In this document: in pieces, positions 50,972 to 64,000 of the stretch
Numbering within the stretch: the first letter of the stretch is position 1
Layout: every line of letters starts with the position of its first letter
Assembly (NCBI GenBank): GCA_034521595.1
Contig: JAXHMG010000003.1
Location: 1,440,001 to 1,504,000, forward strand
DNA from: Gemmatimonadota bacterium
Lineage (GTDB): Bacteria > Gemmatimonadota > Gemmatimonadetes > Longimicrobiales > Gaopeijiaceae
Direction of reading: 5' to 3'
Length of the DNA: 64,000 nt
Translations under genes and position numbers: made by a program
Notes under the pieces: model-generated
What the model was told of the DNA's origin: nothing
The model's database searches: none
The model's input: only the letters and a program-made list of their open reading frames with translations

Positions 50972-51199
50972 CTACGGATCGAGTTCGGCCGCCTCCAGGG
51001 CGTCGGCAAGCTCCGCGTGCCGCCTGGACCACCGGCGAAGCGCCGCCACAAGGGCATCCCTGGTGGCGGGCGTCATCCGGCGCTCCCCGTCGCGGATGGC
51101 GACGAGGAGGCCGTGAGAGACCCCCGCCGCTCGGGCAAGGGCGCGCATGGACGCCGGACTGCCTTCCAGTACGCTCTGAAGTGCGTCCCTTATCTCCAT
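50972..51199 (-). CDS. Small XRE-like HTH protein
   Basis: SMRALARAAGVSHGLLVAIRDGERRMTP. Confidence 0.7.
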   Translation of the reverse strand: MEIRDALQSVLEGSPASMRALARAAGVSHGLLVAIRDGERRMTPATRDALVAALRRWSRRHAELADALEAAELDP

Positions 51200-51240
51200 G
51201 TTGTGACCATATTGGTTACCTTCATGGGCTCTCGCAAGAG

Positions 51241-51616
51241 CTATGACTCCCTCGACCGATGAAGACGCAGTGTCCGGTCCAGGATCTCCGACTTCGCGGC
51301 CTGTTCCTCCTCCCCCGCCCGACACCCAGGCTTCCGGGGCACGTCCACGACGCGGATCCGGGGCGCGTGCTTCGTACCGACGTTGTCGATGTCGCCGCGC
51401 GCCACGAGATGCTGGAGGTGAGAGTACGAATACCCGCCGAGCTGGGCCGCCTCCTCCAGCGTGACCTCACGCAGCTTCCTCGGCCACGGCCGCCGCCTCA
51501 ACCTGGTCGGCATGCCGCTCGCAGGCGATAGCCAGACGCTCGTCACCGTAGGCACGGAAGGTCTTGGCTTCCATGCGCCAGGTCTGCACCAGAGCCGCGA
51601 GCGACGCCGATCTCAT
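51241..51616 (-). pseudogene. Excisionase-like HTH protein (frameshifted)
   Basis: MRSASLAALVQTWRMEAK..., then VTLEEAAQLGGYSYSHLQHLVARGDIDNVG...PRIRVVDVPRKP in another frame. Confidence 0.55.
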
Positions 51617-51720
51617 TACTCAGTGGGGGGCTTGCGCGCGGGCGAGGTTCACCGACGGCCTCCACGGGGCAGAGGCAGGCGCCGGCTCCCCCCGCCTGGC
51701 GGCGACATACCTCGGCGTAA

Positions 51721-51812
51721 GTGACGCATTTGACGCAGCCCGGTATAAAGAGCGTTCCCGCGCGCGTGCGTGCGAAAACGGTGGATAAGCAGAAATGCGT
51801 CCCATGCGTCAC
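51721..51812. repeat. Inverted GACGCA iteron pair, putative replication origin
   Basis: GTGACGCATTTGACGCA ... TGCGTCCCATGCGTCAC (15/17 inverted match) at the 3' end of the primase-helicase. Confidence 0.55.
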
Positions 51813-54135
51813 TACCCGCTACGCCGATTCCAAGAGGCTGCGTTGGATCCGTCACGGCTCCCACCTCCGCGGCTGCTCGCTGGATGTCACGCGGAGTCCG
51901 AGGTATCCTGCGGACCCCGCCGGTGCCCCGCTTGGGCGGGTAGCCCCGCTCCTCCAGCGTAGACGCGAAACGCTTCTTTGAGCCGCCATACTCCCCGCGG
52001 CATCGGCCCACCGCTTCCATGAAGCGTAGAGCGTGCCTGCTGGCTCCCACGCCGACGGGTCCACATCAGCAGCATTCCTCCATCCACTGTGCAATAGCGT
52101 CCTCGGACTCCAGATACGATTCCGTCGCGGCGCGCACGATCGAAGGCGGGTTGAGCCCCTGGTGCTGCCAGGCGAGGCGTGCGTCGATGCACCAGCGGAG
52201 GATCGCCGGCCACTCCCGCTGGAGCTTCTCGGGTAACTCGTGATCTCGCTCCGCTTCCGGGATGGTGACGGTGAAGGGCATCAGATGAAGCCGGCGCCGC
52301 ATGGCCTCGTCGACACCACGGAGCGAGGGCCGGTGATTACCGATCACAAAGACCTTGAACTGCGGCTGGAACTCGAAGAAGTCTTGCCTCATGAAGCGCG
52401 CGGCGATCGGGTCGCCTCCGGTCAGCGCCTTGATTCGCGCCTCCGCCCAGCGCTTCCCGTCCTCCGTCTCCGATCCGATCGCGAGGCGGACTCCGCGGAG
52501 CCGTGCGAGTTCGGTCGGGTGGCGCTCGTTCTTCGACACCATGAGCAGCTCGGTCGGGATCGAGATGGCGTACGCGCCCAAGACGGCCTTAATAGTGTTG
52601 AGAGTTACGCCCTTCCCGTTCGCGCCCCCACCGTGCCCGAACGTAAACGCGTGCTCACGAATCGAGCCAGTCAGCGCGTAACCGGAGAAGCGCTGCAGAT
52701 ACTCGATCAGGTCCGGGTCGCCACCCGTGATGCGCTCGAGGTGCGCCGTCCAGATCGGGGCTGGCGTGCCCGGGGGTGCGGGAGCGACGGCCGTGAGCTT
52801 CGTGATGTAGTCCTCGGCTCGAGCGGGGTGTAGCTTCACCGGTCCGTAGATCCACCGTCCCACCCGGGGTGCCAAGCAGCCACGGATCGGCATCCCATTG
52901 CCCAACTTCGGCCGCCTGCGCAACGTTCGAACGAGCGAGGCCGATGACCTTCGTGATCGTCTCGGCTTGGCGCAGCCGCCGAGCGGTGTCCACCTTCTCG
53001 GGCCCGAGCTGGTCAGCGCGCTCACGGAGATATCCCCGCGCTCGGGTCATGTACTCGAGCGTCTCGTCCTGGACCCACACCCTGCCATTCCAAAAGACCC
53101 ACGCACCCCATGCGGCGACGTGACGCGCGTCGCCCCTCCAGCAGTCGCCGAGGTCGAGCGCCAGGCCGTCGTGGGTCAGGTCGCGGTGGCCCTCCTCCAC
53201 CTGGTGCTCGGAGTGGGGCGGCTCGACCACGGGCGCGCCTGGCGGCGGAGCTTGGGGGCGTTGGGCCACCTCCTCCTCCCCGGTTCCCACTCCGGCGCCA
53301 CCCGCGCGAGCTGCTTGAGCTCTTTCACCGATCCGCCAACGTCGAGCCAATCGCTGACGTCGCCCTTCGGTGGGAGGTCAGGTAGCTCGAGGACCTTCAC
53401 GGTCTTGGCGACCCCATGGAGCGAACGAGCGACCTGCTGCGCGTGTTCGCGGCCTGGCTCGTCGTTGTCGATGATGATGACGACGACTTGGCCGCGGAGA
53501 GCCTCGGAGTACTCGCGTCGCCACTTGCCGGCGCCGCCGGGGCACGTCGTCGCTACGATCCCGAGTTCGGTCAGTCGGTCGGCGTCCTTCTCACCCTCGA
53601 CAACCGCCACCGCCTTCGCGGACGCAAGCGCTTCCGGAAGGCGGTATAGTGGGAGACGACCTTGTCGCATCTGCAGCGCTCGGGATTGCCGCCGAGTCCC
53701 CAGGCCCAGCCGTCCGCGGCCTCGGGACAACGATGCTGCTGGCGGAAATCCTTGGGAGCGAGCCGCACGACGCGGCCTACCGGCTCGCCGCTGGCGTCCA
53801 CGTACGTGTACTCGGCGACGATCGCGGGGCGAGAGCCGTTGCTGTTGCCGTTCGACCCCGAGGCTGATCCCCAGCTCACGCACGAGACGTTGCGCTGCGT
53901 CGCGCGGAGCCATGCCCCACACAGCCGACGCGAGCGAGACCGGGGACCCTTTGAGCTCGCAGCCGTGACATTTCCCGGCGGTCCGGCCTCCCTCTCGGAA
54001 CACCGAGAACGACGGGTCGCCATCGTCGTGATCGGGCGACGGACATCGCCACCCAGCGCCGACCCTCTGGGCTCCGAGGACCTGCGCGAGCTGCTCGGGC
54101 GAGATTTCCGTGGCAATCCGGTCGTAGTCGATCAC
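51780..54135 (-). pseudogene. P4-family primase-helicase: CHC2 zinc finger, TOPRIM, D5_N, SF3 helicase (frameshifted)
   Basis: CPSPDHDDGDPSFSV...CHGC; VVEGEKDAD...DNDEPG; WVFWNGRVW; GGGANGKG; IKALTGGDPIAARFMRQDFFEF. 3' end approximate. Confidence 0.85.
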
Positions 54136-54229
54136 GTGACCCCAACCTCCGCAGATAGAGCCGGCCCGTCGAAGGGCACGGCGCGCCGGAAGGTGACGCC
54201 ATGACGCGTCGGCGCGGCGCGTCCGACCA

Positions 54230-54523
54230 TTAGAACTCGATTTCCTCGTCGTTGCGCGCAGCGTGCGACACAGGCGCAGATGGCTCCGGCTCACGTAACG
54301 GGATGGGGCCGGGACCACGCCCTATTCGCGAGTCCACACCGTACGGCAACGGCCAGGGCACGCACGTACGCCCCCCGCACCCGCAGTCGGCGGCGATGTA
54401 CCGGAGCCCGTGGGGCCCCAGCTCGCCCCGCAGAACAACGGCCTCCTCAAGCGGGATCCCGCACCACACGCAGGGTCGGTAGGCGGCGTCGCGGTAGGTG
54501 TCGAGCCGCAGGGCGAGCCTCAT
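54230..54523 (-). CDS. Small Cys-rich hypothetical protein
   Basis: MRLALRLD...CVWC...DCGC...EEIEF*; co-oriented with the primase. Confidence 0.4.
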   Translation of the reverse strand: MRLALRLDTYRDAAYRPCVWCGIPLEEAVVLRGELGPHGLRYIAADCGCGGRTCVPWPLPYGVDSRIGRGPGPIPLREPEPSAPVSHAARNDEEIEF

Positions 54524-54568
54524 GCCGACCTCGGCAGCCTCCGAGAGTAGGCGGGCGGTCGCGGGGCT

Positions 54569-54735
54569 CACTGACCCACCTCGAGATCGCGCCGAGCGGC
54601 CTCGACGGCCTCGCGGCGGATGTAGCCGAGAGGGGCTCCTTCCGGCGGGCAGCAGCAGCCTGGATGACCTTCTCTCGTCGTCCGCCAATCGCATCGCATA
54701 CGTGAGCCGGGGTGAGCCCGGCGTTAGGCGTGCCG
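54569..54735 (-). pseudogene. Small ribbon-helix-helix (DUF1778/MobC-like) regulator, frameshifted
   Basis: Joined frames read YAMRLADDE-KVIQAAAARRKEPLS-YIRREAVEAARRDLEVGQ*; AGGAGAGG RBS upstream. Confidence 0.45.
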
Positions 54736-54836
54736 TAGTACCTCTCCTGTGCGTATTGCGCAAAACAACTCGGTGCTTTATTCTGAGCAATTCTGGCACT
54801 TTGCGCAACATGACGCAATGCTCTCTTCTGAGGAGT

Positions 54837-56242
54837 ATGGAGTATGGGCGGACCGAACGACCGACGGATACGGTGAACGGCTGAGCAAGGCTCGAAGAGC
54901 GAGGGCCACGCCCGATGAGCGGACGGAAGCTGGCCCGGCGCGTCCGAGGAAGTACCGCAACCTTGACGGTACCACGGACAGCGGCGTCAGGCAGTACGTC
55001 GTAGGGGCGATCGCAACCCCCGTGTCGAGCTCCTGCGTGCGTTCGCAGACGTGCTCGGGGTACGAGCGGATTGGCTCGCGTTCAACGACGGTCCGATGAC
55101 GGAGGAGGAGGCTGCCGTGGAGCGAGATGCTCAAGCAGCCCGCCGCTACGTGGTCGGCGAACGGGACCCCGACGCGCCGCCGGTTCCTCGCCTCCGAGAA
55201 AAGCAAATGCTGAAGGAGGCGATTCTTGAGCTCTCGCCGGAGCCTCCCCGCACCCTTGAGGAGATCCCGACCTGGGCGGACTCCACTGGTCGAGGTCTTC
55301 AAGCGTGTGGTGCTTCATCCGTCCGACGAGGAGACATTGCCGACATAGTTGCGGCGGTCCGCGGGCCCATCGGGCGCTTCGGCGTGGACTTCGAGCGAAT
55401 GCGCGATCGTCCTCGCATGATGGGTGACTACATCATGGCCCTCACGCCCGCACTGCTCGCCCTGGTGGCCGAGCGCGATCGGCAACAACGGGAAGAGGCG
55501 AGGTTCCGACAAGGGGCTGCCACAGATTCCTGAACTGCTCGACGCGGCGGCTGAGGAGCATGCTCGGCGCTACCCAGGGAGACCTTTGGCGCCCTGGAGA
55601 TCATCGAGATGCTGGCCCAGGAGCACCGTCCAAGGCTCAGGACCTCAGCCTCCGCGCCTCATCCTGCGTCGTCGGTCAGGTAGTGCTAGCCTTGCACGAC
55701 TACCCGCGCCGTAGGAGGATGATCCTGCTACTTGTCACGGCGCGGGGAGGTCGGAATGAAGACCCGACGTATATGTCGCTGGACCCACATCGATCCTCGA
55801 ATTGCAGGTTACTGTGGATCAAGAGCCGTCGATCGAGGAGGACGACGGCAACTGGTGGATGGATGGAATCGTGATTCCGCCCGACCGCTTGATCGCGATC
55901 GTCCCGGACGGGCAGCTGGAGGGCCGGACCTGGCAAAGTATCGCCCCGAAATAGTCTTCCTGCTTGCGCTCCTCCGTTCTCGCTCTTCTCGAGGAAGTCA
56001 GGCGTCTCACGTGCAAACCAGCGCTGCTGTGCTGGCGCTCGTACGGTAGGCGGCGAGTGAGGCTCCATCGATCGGGCTTCTGCGATGCCATCCGGTTTCG
56101 GCAAAAGCCAGAGAAAAGCTCGTGGCCTGGCGCTGGTCGAGGGCGTCGTACTCCTCCATCTGCCGAGGGATCAATGAGGAACCCGCGCTCGGTCCGCGCC
56201 TGGGCGAGTGGTGACGGGCGTCTTCGAGTGCGCGCCAGCTGA
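54837..56242 (+). pseudogene. Divergent hypothetical gene(s), frameshifted
   Basis: GAGGAG RBS before ATG at 54837; protein-like segments continue across frames (e.g. 55051-55533); no family recognised. Confidence 0.35.
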
Positions 56243-56378
56243 GTCGGAGTCCCCGCCGTCCTCGTGTATCGTCGAGCGTGAGTCGCCGCTTATCGCCGTC
56301 CAGCGTGTAAGTCCACGGTCACCGCAGAGCTTACCGAGGGCACGCTTCCATCTGCCGTTACGGCCAGCCTGGTGACAG

Positions 56379-56723
56379 CTACAACGTGCCTGGCGCGATG
56401 GACGAAGCCTGACGGCAACGCGCCCCGTTTGATCGAGTCTGGGGTACGCCTCCAGATACACGAACTCGAGGACGAATGGCGAGGGAGCCTAGCTGAAACA
56501 GAGCCCCGAGGATCGCCAGCGGTATCCCCACGAGAACCATCGTCGCAGGCAGCGTGGGAAGATCCATAATGATCTGCCATATCGAGCCGAGTGCGGTTCC
56601 GGTCAGGGCGAGCCAAAGTCCGGAAAGCAAAGCCCACCAGCCCTTCAGCCCCAAGTAGTTGACGCCCACGGAGCGCGCCATTGCCCAGCGTGCTTTCCAT
56701 TTCTGCGGGGCTCGCACGTTCAA
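56379..56723 (-). CDS. Small membrane protein
   Basis: Two hydrophobic segments downstream of hsdR; 3' end uncertain. Confidence 0.35.
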   Translation of the reverse strand: MNVRAPQKWKARWAMARSVGVNYLGLKGWWALLSGLWLALTGTALGSIWQIIMDLPTLPATMVLVGIPLAILGALFQLGSLAIRPRVRVSGGVPQTRSNGARCRQASSIAPGTL

Positions 56724-56846
56724 ATCAGTTGCACCGATGAGAAAGCAGGCGACGTTGTCGGGGCCATTCCGGCAGCGCCCTCTCCAGGGCTACGGTTCTG
56801 GGATGGGGGACTAACGCTACGCCGGTTCCGGGTACGGCTCCGGGCC

Positions 56847-59987
<3,141 letters not shown>

Positions 59988-60030
59988 CGCTCTCCATCCC
60001 TCGAAAGCAAGGGGGACGTCCACGGAATCG

Positions 60031-61359
60031 TCACGAAGCGCTCGCCTCGACAAGCTCTTCCGCCACCGGCACCCGGATCTCCCCCGATATCAGCCTGGGA
60101 AGCAGTGTATCACGCAGAGCTGCAAGCACGCGGGAACTCCGCAGCCCTGGGTAGTGCTGGAACGAGCGGACCCGTGAACGCGCCAAAGGCCACGGCGACG
60201 CGCTCGTCTGAGAGGTAGGGCCAGGCGGTAATGTTCCAAGCGGTAATGGGTTCGGCTGCCTTCCACTCGAGCCGGTCATGCTCCTAATCGCAAATTGACG
60301 GAACGGCTCGTGGCGGGCCAGGCAATAGGCGAAGTGCTTCTCGGGAAGCGGGGGCTTCGGTCGGAGCACGATGTACTCCGTGGAGCCCCATCCGACCTGG
60401 CCATCCGCAAGATAGATCAACGTAAGCAGTCTTTCCGTTTTCCCAGACGCGGAGTGATACGTGCCATGAGGAGTATCACCGATTCAGCGAAACGCTCACA
60501 CGGGGAGCCATCAGGCCCGCTCCCCCATAGAGTCTGGGGTGTGGCCCTTGGTGGGCATGCTTGCCGTCGGCAGATACGGGGGCGGAGATCCCTCTGGACA
60601 AGCGGCGGGTAGGGTTGATGTCGATCACGTCTTTCAGACCAACGACTTCCCACCCCTCAGGCACTTTCCCCAATTCCGAATCCACCATCCGGTCCGGAAA
60701 TAGGTCGTACCAATGCTCAGGGAACCCCGGCAAGGACTCTCCTGGCTGCCACCGCCCTTCGATCTTCGGCGCGCACCGGCTCGAAGTCTACGAACCATGA
60801 CTTGAAGAGCGTGTGCGTCATTGCCTTCAAGCGTCTCCCATCCTGCGGGTCAGCTCAATCTTGTCGTCGAGCGTCCCGAGCACGTCGGCAATGTCACGCT
60901 GTTCGGAGACGGGAGGTAGCGTGACGATGAGATGATCCAATCAGGTCGACGGGACACGTTGCCGACCCGACGAGCCCGTCATCTGGCTAATCGCGTACGC
61001 CCTCACCTCACTCCACTGAGCCAGGTAGTAGGCGAAACCGGTGTCGCTCACGCCGGGGCGGCCGCGGATGACAATGAACTCCGTCGATCCATGGGCCCCC
61101 TCCGCACCACGTGAGTCGCGGTAGCGCGCGATCTTGCCGTTCTCAAGACACGGTGTGATTCGCGCCATCAGAACGTCGCCGTCTTGAAACCGGGCACCAC
61201 CGCCAGTGAACTCACGGCACTCAGGGGCGACAACGGTCCTTATGCCGGGCTCCACGGCTCCCATGTCTACGAAGGGGAAAGGTCGACCGCGCTCAAGCGT
61301 CACCGGAGGATTTATCTGAACCGCCTGACTTAGGGCAATTCCCGCCACTCGTCACGCAT
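60031..61359 (-). pseudogene. hsdS: Type I RM specificity subunit S (frameshifted)
   Basis: Two repeats of LMARITP / GSTE(F/Y)IV / [35 protein letters not shown]. Confidence 0.88.
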
Positions 61360-62929
61360 ACCCAAGCCTCTCCAGATTCGCGGCGATGGCGTCGTCGAGG
61401 CCTGCAGCTTCAACTAGCTGCTGCTGCCGTTCCGCCACAAGATCCTCCATCTTCTGCTCGAACGGCTCGTCATCCTCCTCCAGGGCCTCGGTCCCCACAT
61501 AGCGACCGGGCGTCAGTTCATGGTTGTGTCTGCGGATCTCCTCAAGTGGCACACTCTTACAAAATCCCGGCACGTCATCGTACTCGCCGGCGCCCCTCTC
61601 ACCCCTCCAGGCGTGATATACATCGGCGATCTGTGTGATGTCCTCGCTCATCAGTTCCCGGTGGGTGCGATCCACCATCGTGCCCATCCTCCGGGCGTCG
61701 ATGAAGAGCACCTCTCCCCGCCGATCGCGGTATTTCCCATTGTTGCGGTCACGAGCAAGGAACCACAGGCAGACGGGGACCTGCGTTGAGTAGAACAACT
61801 GCCCCGGAAGCGCGACCATGCAATCCACTAAGTCCGCCTCCACGAGATTTTTCCGGATCTCACCCTCGCCCAGCTGCTGGGAGCTCATGGATCCCTTCGC
61901 CAGGACGAACCCCGCGGTGCCACGTGGGCGCGAGGTGATGCACGATGTGCTGGACCCAGGCGAAGTTGGCGTTGCCGGCCGGCGGGATCCCGAACTTCCA
62001 GCGCCTGTCGTCCTTCAGCCGCTCTCCACCCCAGTCACTGATGTTGAAGGGCGGGTTTGCGAGGATGTAGTCGGCCTTCAGGTCGGGGTGACGATCGTTG
62101 TGGAACGTGTCGCCGTGGTGCGATCTGACCCTCGATGCCACGGATCGCCAGGTTCATCTTGGCGAGCCGCCAGGTCGTGTAGTTCGACTCCTGGCCGTAG
62201 ATCGAGATGCTGGAGCGGGCCTTCCGCCATTGCCGTTGCCGTTCTGGTGCGCCCGGATGAACTCCACCGACTGTACGAACATCCCCGAGGAGCCGCAGCA
62301 CGGGTCGTAGACTCGGCCCTCGAAGCGGTTCCAGCATCTCGACCAGCAAGGGCGACGACGCAGCGAGGCGTGTAGAACTCACCGCCCTTCTTGCCTTCGG
62401 CGCTGGCGAACTGGGACAGGAAGTACTCGTAGACGCGGCCGAGCACGTCCTTTGGCCCTCGCCGACTCGCTCCCAACGCTCGATGTTGCTGATCAGGTCG
62501 ATGAGCTGGCCCAGCCGGGTCTTGTCGAGCGCCGGGCGGGCGTAGTCCTTCGGTAGCACACCCTTCAGCGGACGGGTTGTCGCGCTCGATGGCCGCCATC
62601 GCGTCGTCGACGAGCTGGCCGATGGTCGGCTGCTTGCGCTTGGTTCTTGAGGTGCGGCCCACCGCGCCTCGGGCGGCACCCAGAAGACGTTCGCGGCACG
62701 GTACTCGTCGGGATCCTCCGGATCCGCGCCCTGATCCTGCTCGTCGGTCAGCCGCGCCGTGTAGCTCCTCGAAGGCATCCGAGATGTACTTGAGAAAGAT
62801 CAGGCCGAGGACGACGTGCTTGTACTCAGCCGCGTCCATCGAGCCCCGAAGGGCGTCGGCCATCTTCCAGAGTTCGGCCTCATATCCGACGTTCGCGGCG
62901 CTATCGCTCGAAGTCTTGTTCTTCGTCAC
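61352..62929 (-). pseudogene. hsdM: Type I RM N6-adenine methyltransferase subunit M (frameshifted)
   Basis: [56 protein letters not shown]. Confidence 0.92.
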
Positions 62930-63293
62930 GGGATCTTTTGCTGGCGGGATGTGAGGAGGAGGTCGAAGATGGAAGCGCCCTCGTCGTGGATGGGTTCGGG
63001 ACGGAAGGTCCACCGAAAGCCCACCGGAGGCAAGGTATCCGGGTGGTTCAGCGGGAAGCGATCCGGACTCCGGTAACCGGGTCAACCTCCGATTGCCACG
63101 GGGTCACCGACCACCACCATGTCTTCGTTCTCTCGCACATCGGTCACCACCTCCGATGGCCCGCTCGCACCCTACCTTTCGCGAATCAGTTGCCCGGCGG
63201 AGTAATGCACGAGTCCTAGTCCAGTGGCTAGTCAGAACCCCAGGCGTCTGTTGCCGGCGCCGTGAATCTGTCCTACCAAGACGCGAGTCAATT

Positions 63294-64000
63294 TTATCCT
63301 CGTGCCCTTTGGCAGCTCGTCGACACACGGCATCGCACCGTTGGCACAACCCTCCACCTCCACTCACGCCCTCCTTCCACGGGCATCTGCGCGGCGCGGA
63401 GCTCGCGTTCCAACTCCCTGCGCCAACGGTCATCGTCGCTCATCTCGATATAGACGATTCCGTCAAAATCTGACGGGGCCTCCAACCTAGGACTCACGAG
63501 CGCGCACACCCTGGGTTGACCGAGATGGGCGAGGAAGTAACCGAGTTCGAGGATGACGTTCTGACGCGCCCTTGGCGCGAGCTCACCTGCCGCCGCTCCA
63601 CCCCGATCGTCACCCGTCATGACAATCACGGCGAAAGTGACTAGCTCCGCTTCTTCGATGAACTTGGTAAGTAGTACGGCGCCCCATGTTCGGCTGATCA
63701 TGGAGGACGATCGGATCCAAACCGAGCTCGACCAGAAAGTCGACAACTTCGGTTCGCGCTTTCTTCGTCCCGTCCGTGCACGACGAAGACACGGCGTGGA
63801 TGGCGCGTTTCTTCGAAGGCATCGGGAGGTGGGCCAGGACTCGCTCCGGCTTATGGCCTCTTCGTCCACGGACACGCGGTCAGCGGCATCTGGTCCAGAA
63901 AAGGCCCTTCTAACCAGGAACGCCGACAGCAACGAGCTCTCAGCCGTAACCGCCCCCGGGTTCTTCAGTGCAAATCTGATAATCTGGTTAGCACGGTCCC
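63294..64000 (-). pseudogene. TIR-domain nucleotide-binding protein (CAP12/Pycsar-effector-like TIR), 5' end outside window, frameshifted
   Basis: VFVVHGRD, LGLDPIVLHDQPN, FAVIVMTGDD, RARQNVILELGYF, PSDFDGIVY; stop position uncertain. Confidence 0.8.

Noticed and set aside
63228-63346. Possible attC after the TIR gene (GCCAAC...GTTCTG on the minus strand)
   Set aside because: Internal pairing is weak and the region is error-prone.

Overview
High-GC bacterial chromosome window. Gene content and protein style resemble Gemmatimonadota (inferred, not proven), and several secreted and housekeeping proteins are very acidic. It has four parts. (1) 1-5.1 kb: a putative Fur-regulated iron-uptake operon (small lipoprotein, FecA-like TonB-dependent receptor, DUF4856-like lipoprotein, membrane protein). 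(2) 5.3-13.6 kb: an accessory patch with an intact vapBC, a SusC-like remnant, serA plus a D-2-hydroxyglutarate-dehydrogenase-like gene, and an Ig/RCC1 lipoprotein. It also holds a nested toxin-antitoxin graveyard, in which a vapC is split by ~1 kb carrying two other TA modules and an attC-like site, giving integron-cassette geometry with no intI nearby. (3) 13.6-49.6 kb: mostly core genes. These are a long minus-strand run (rnz, tyrA, aroA-cmk fusion, rpsA, propionyl-CoA carboxylase and methylmalonyl-CoA mutase genes), a sucrose cluster with sucrose synthase, an apparent fructokinase-SPS-SPP triple fusion and a second SPP, then msrPQ, recQ, a hybrid kinase and arsR-trxA-sulP. (4) 49.6-64 kb: tRNA-Leu(TAA) followed, on its 5' side, by a satellite-like integrative element. 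It carries a tyrosine integrase, HTH and xis-like genes, a CHC2-TOPRIM-D5 primase-helicase with a putative ori, a type I RM system and a TIR-domain gene. Almost every gene in this element is broken by small frameshifts. All calls come from motif recognition by eye; no searches were run.
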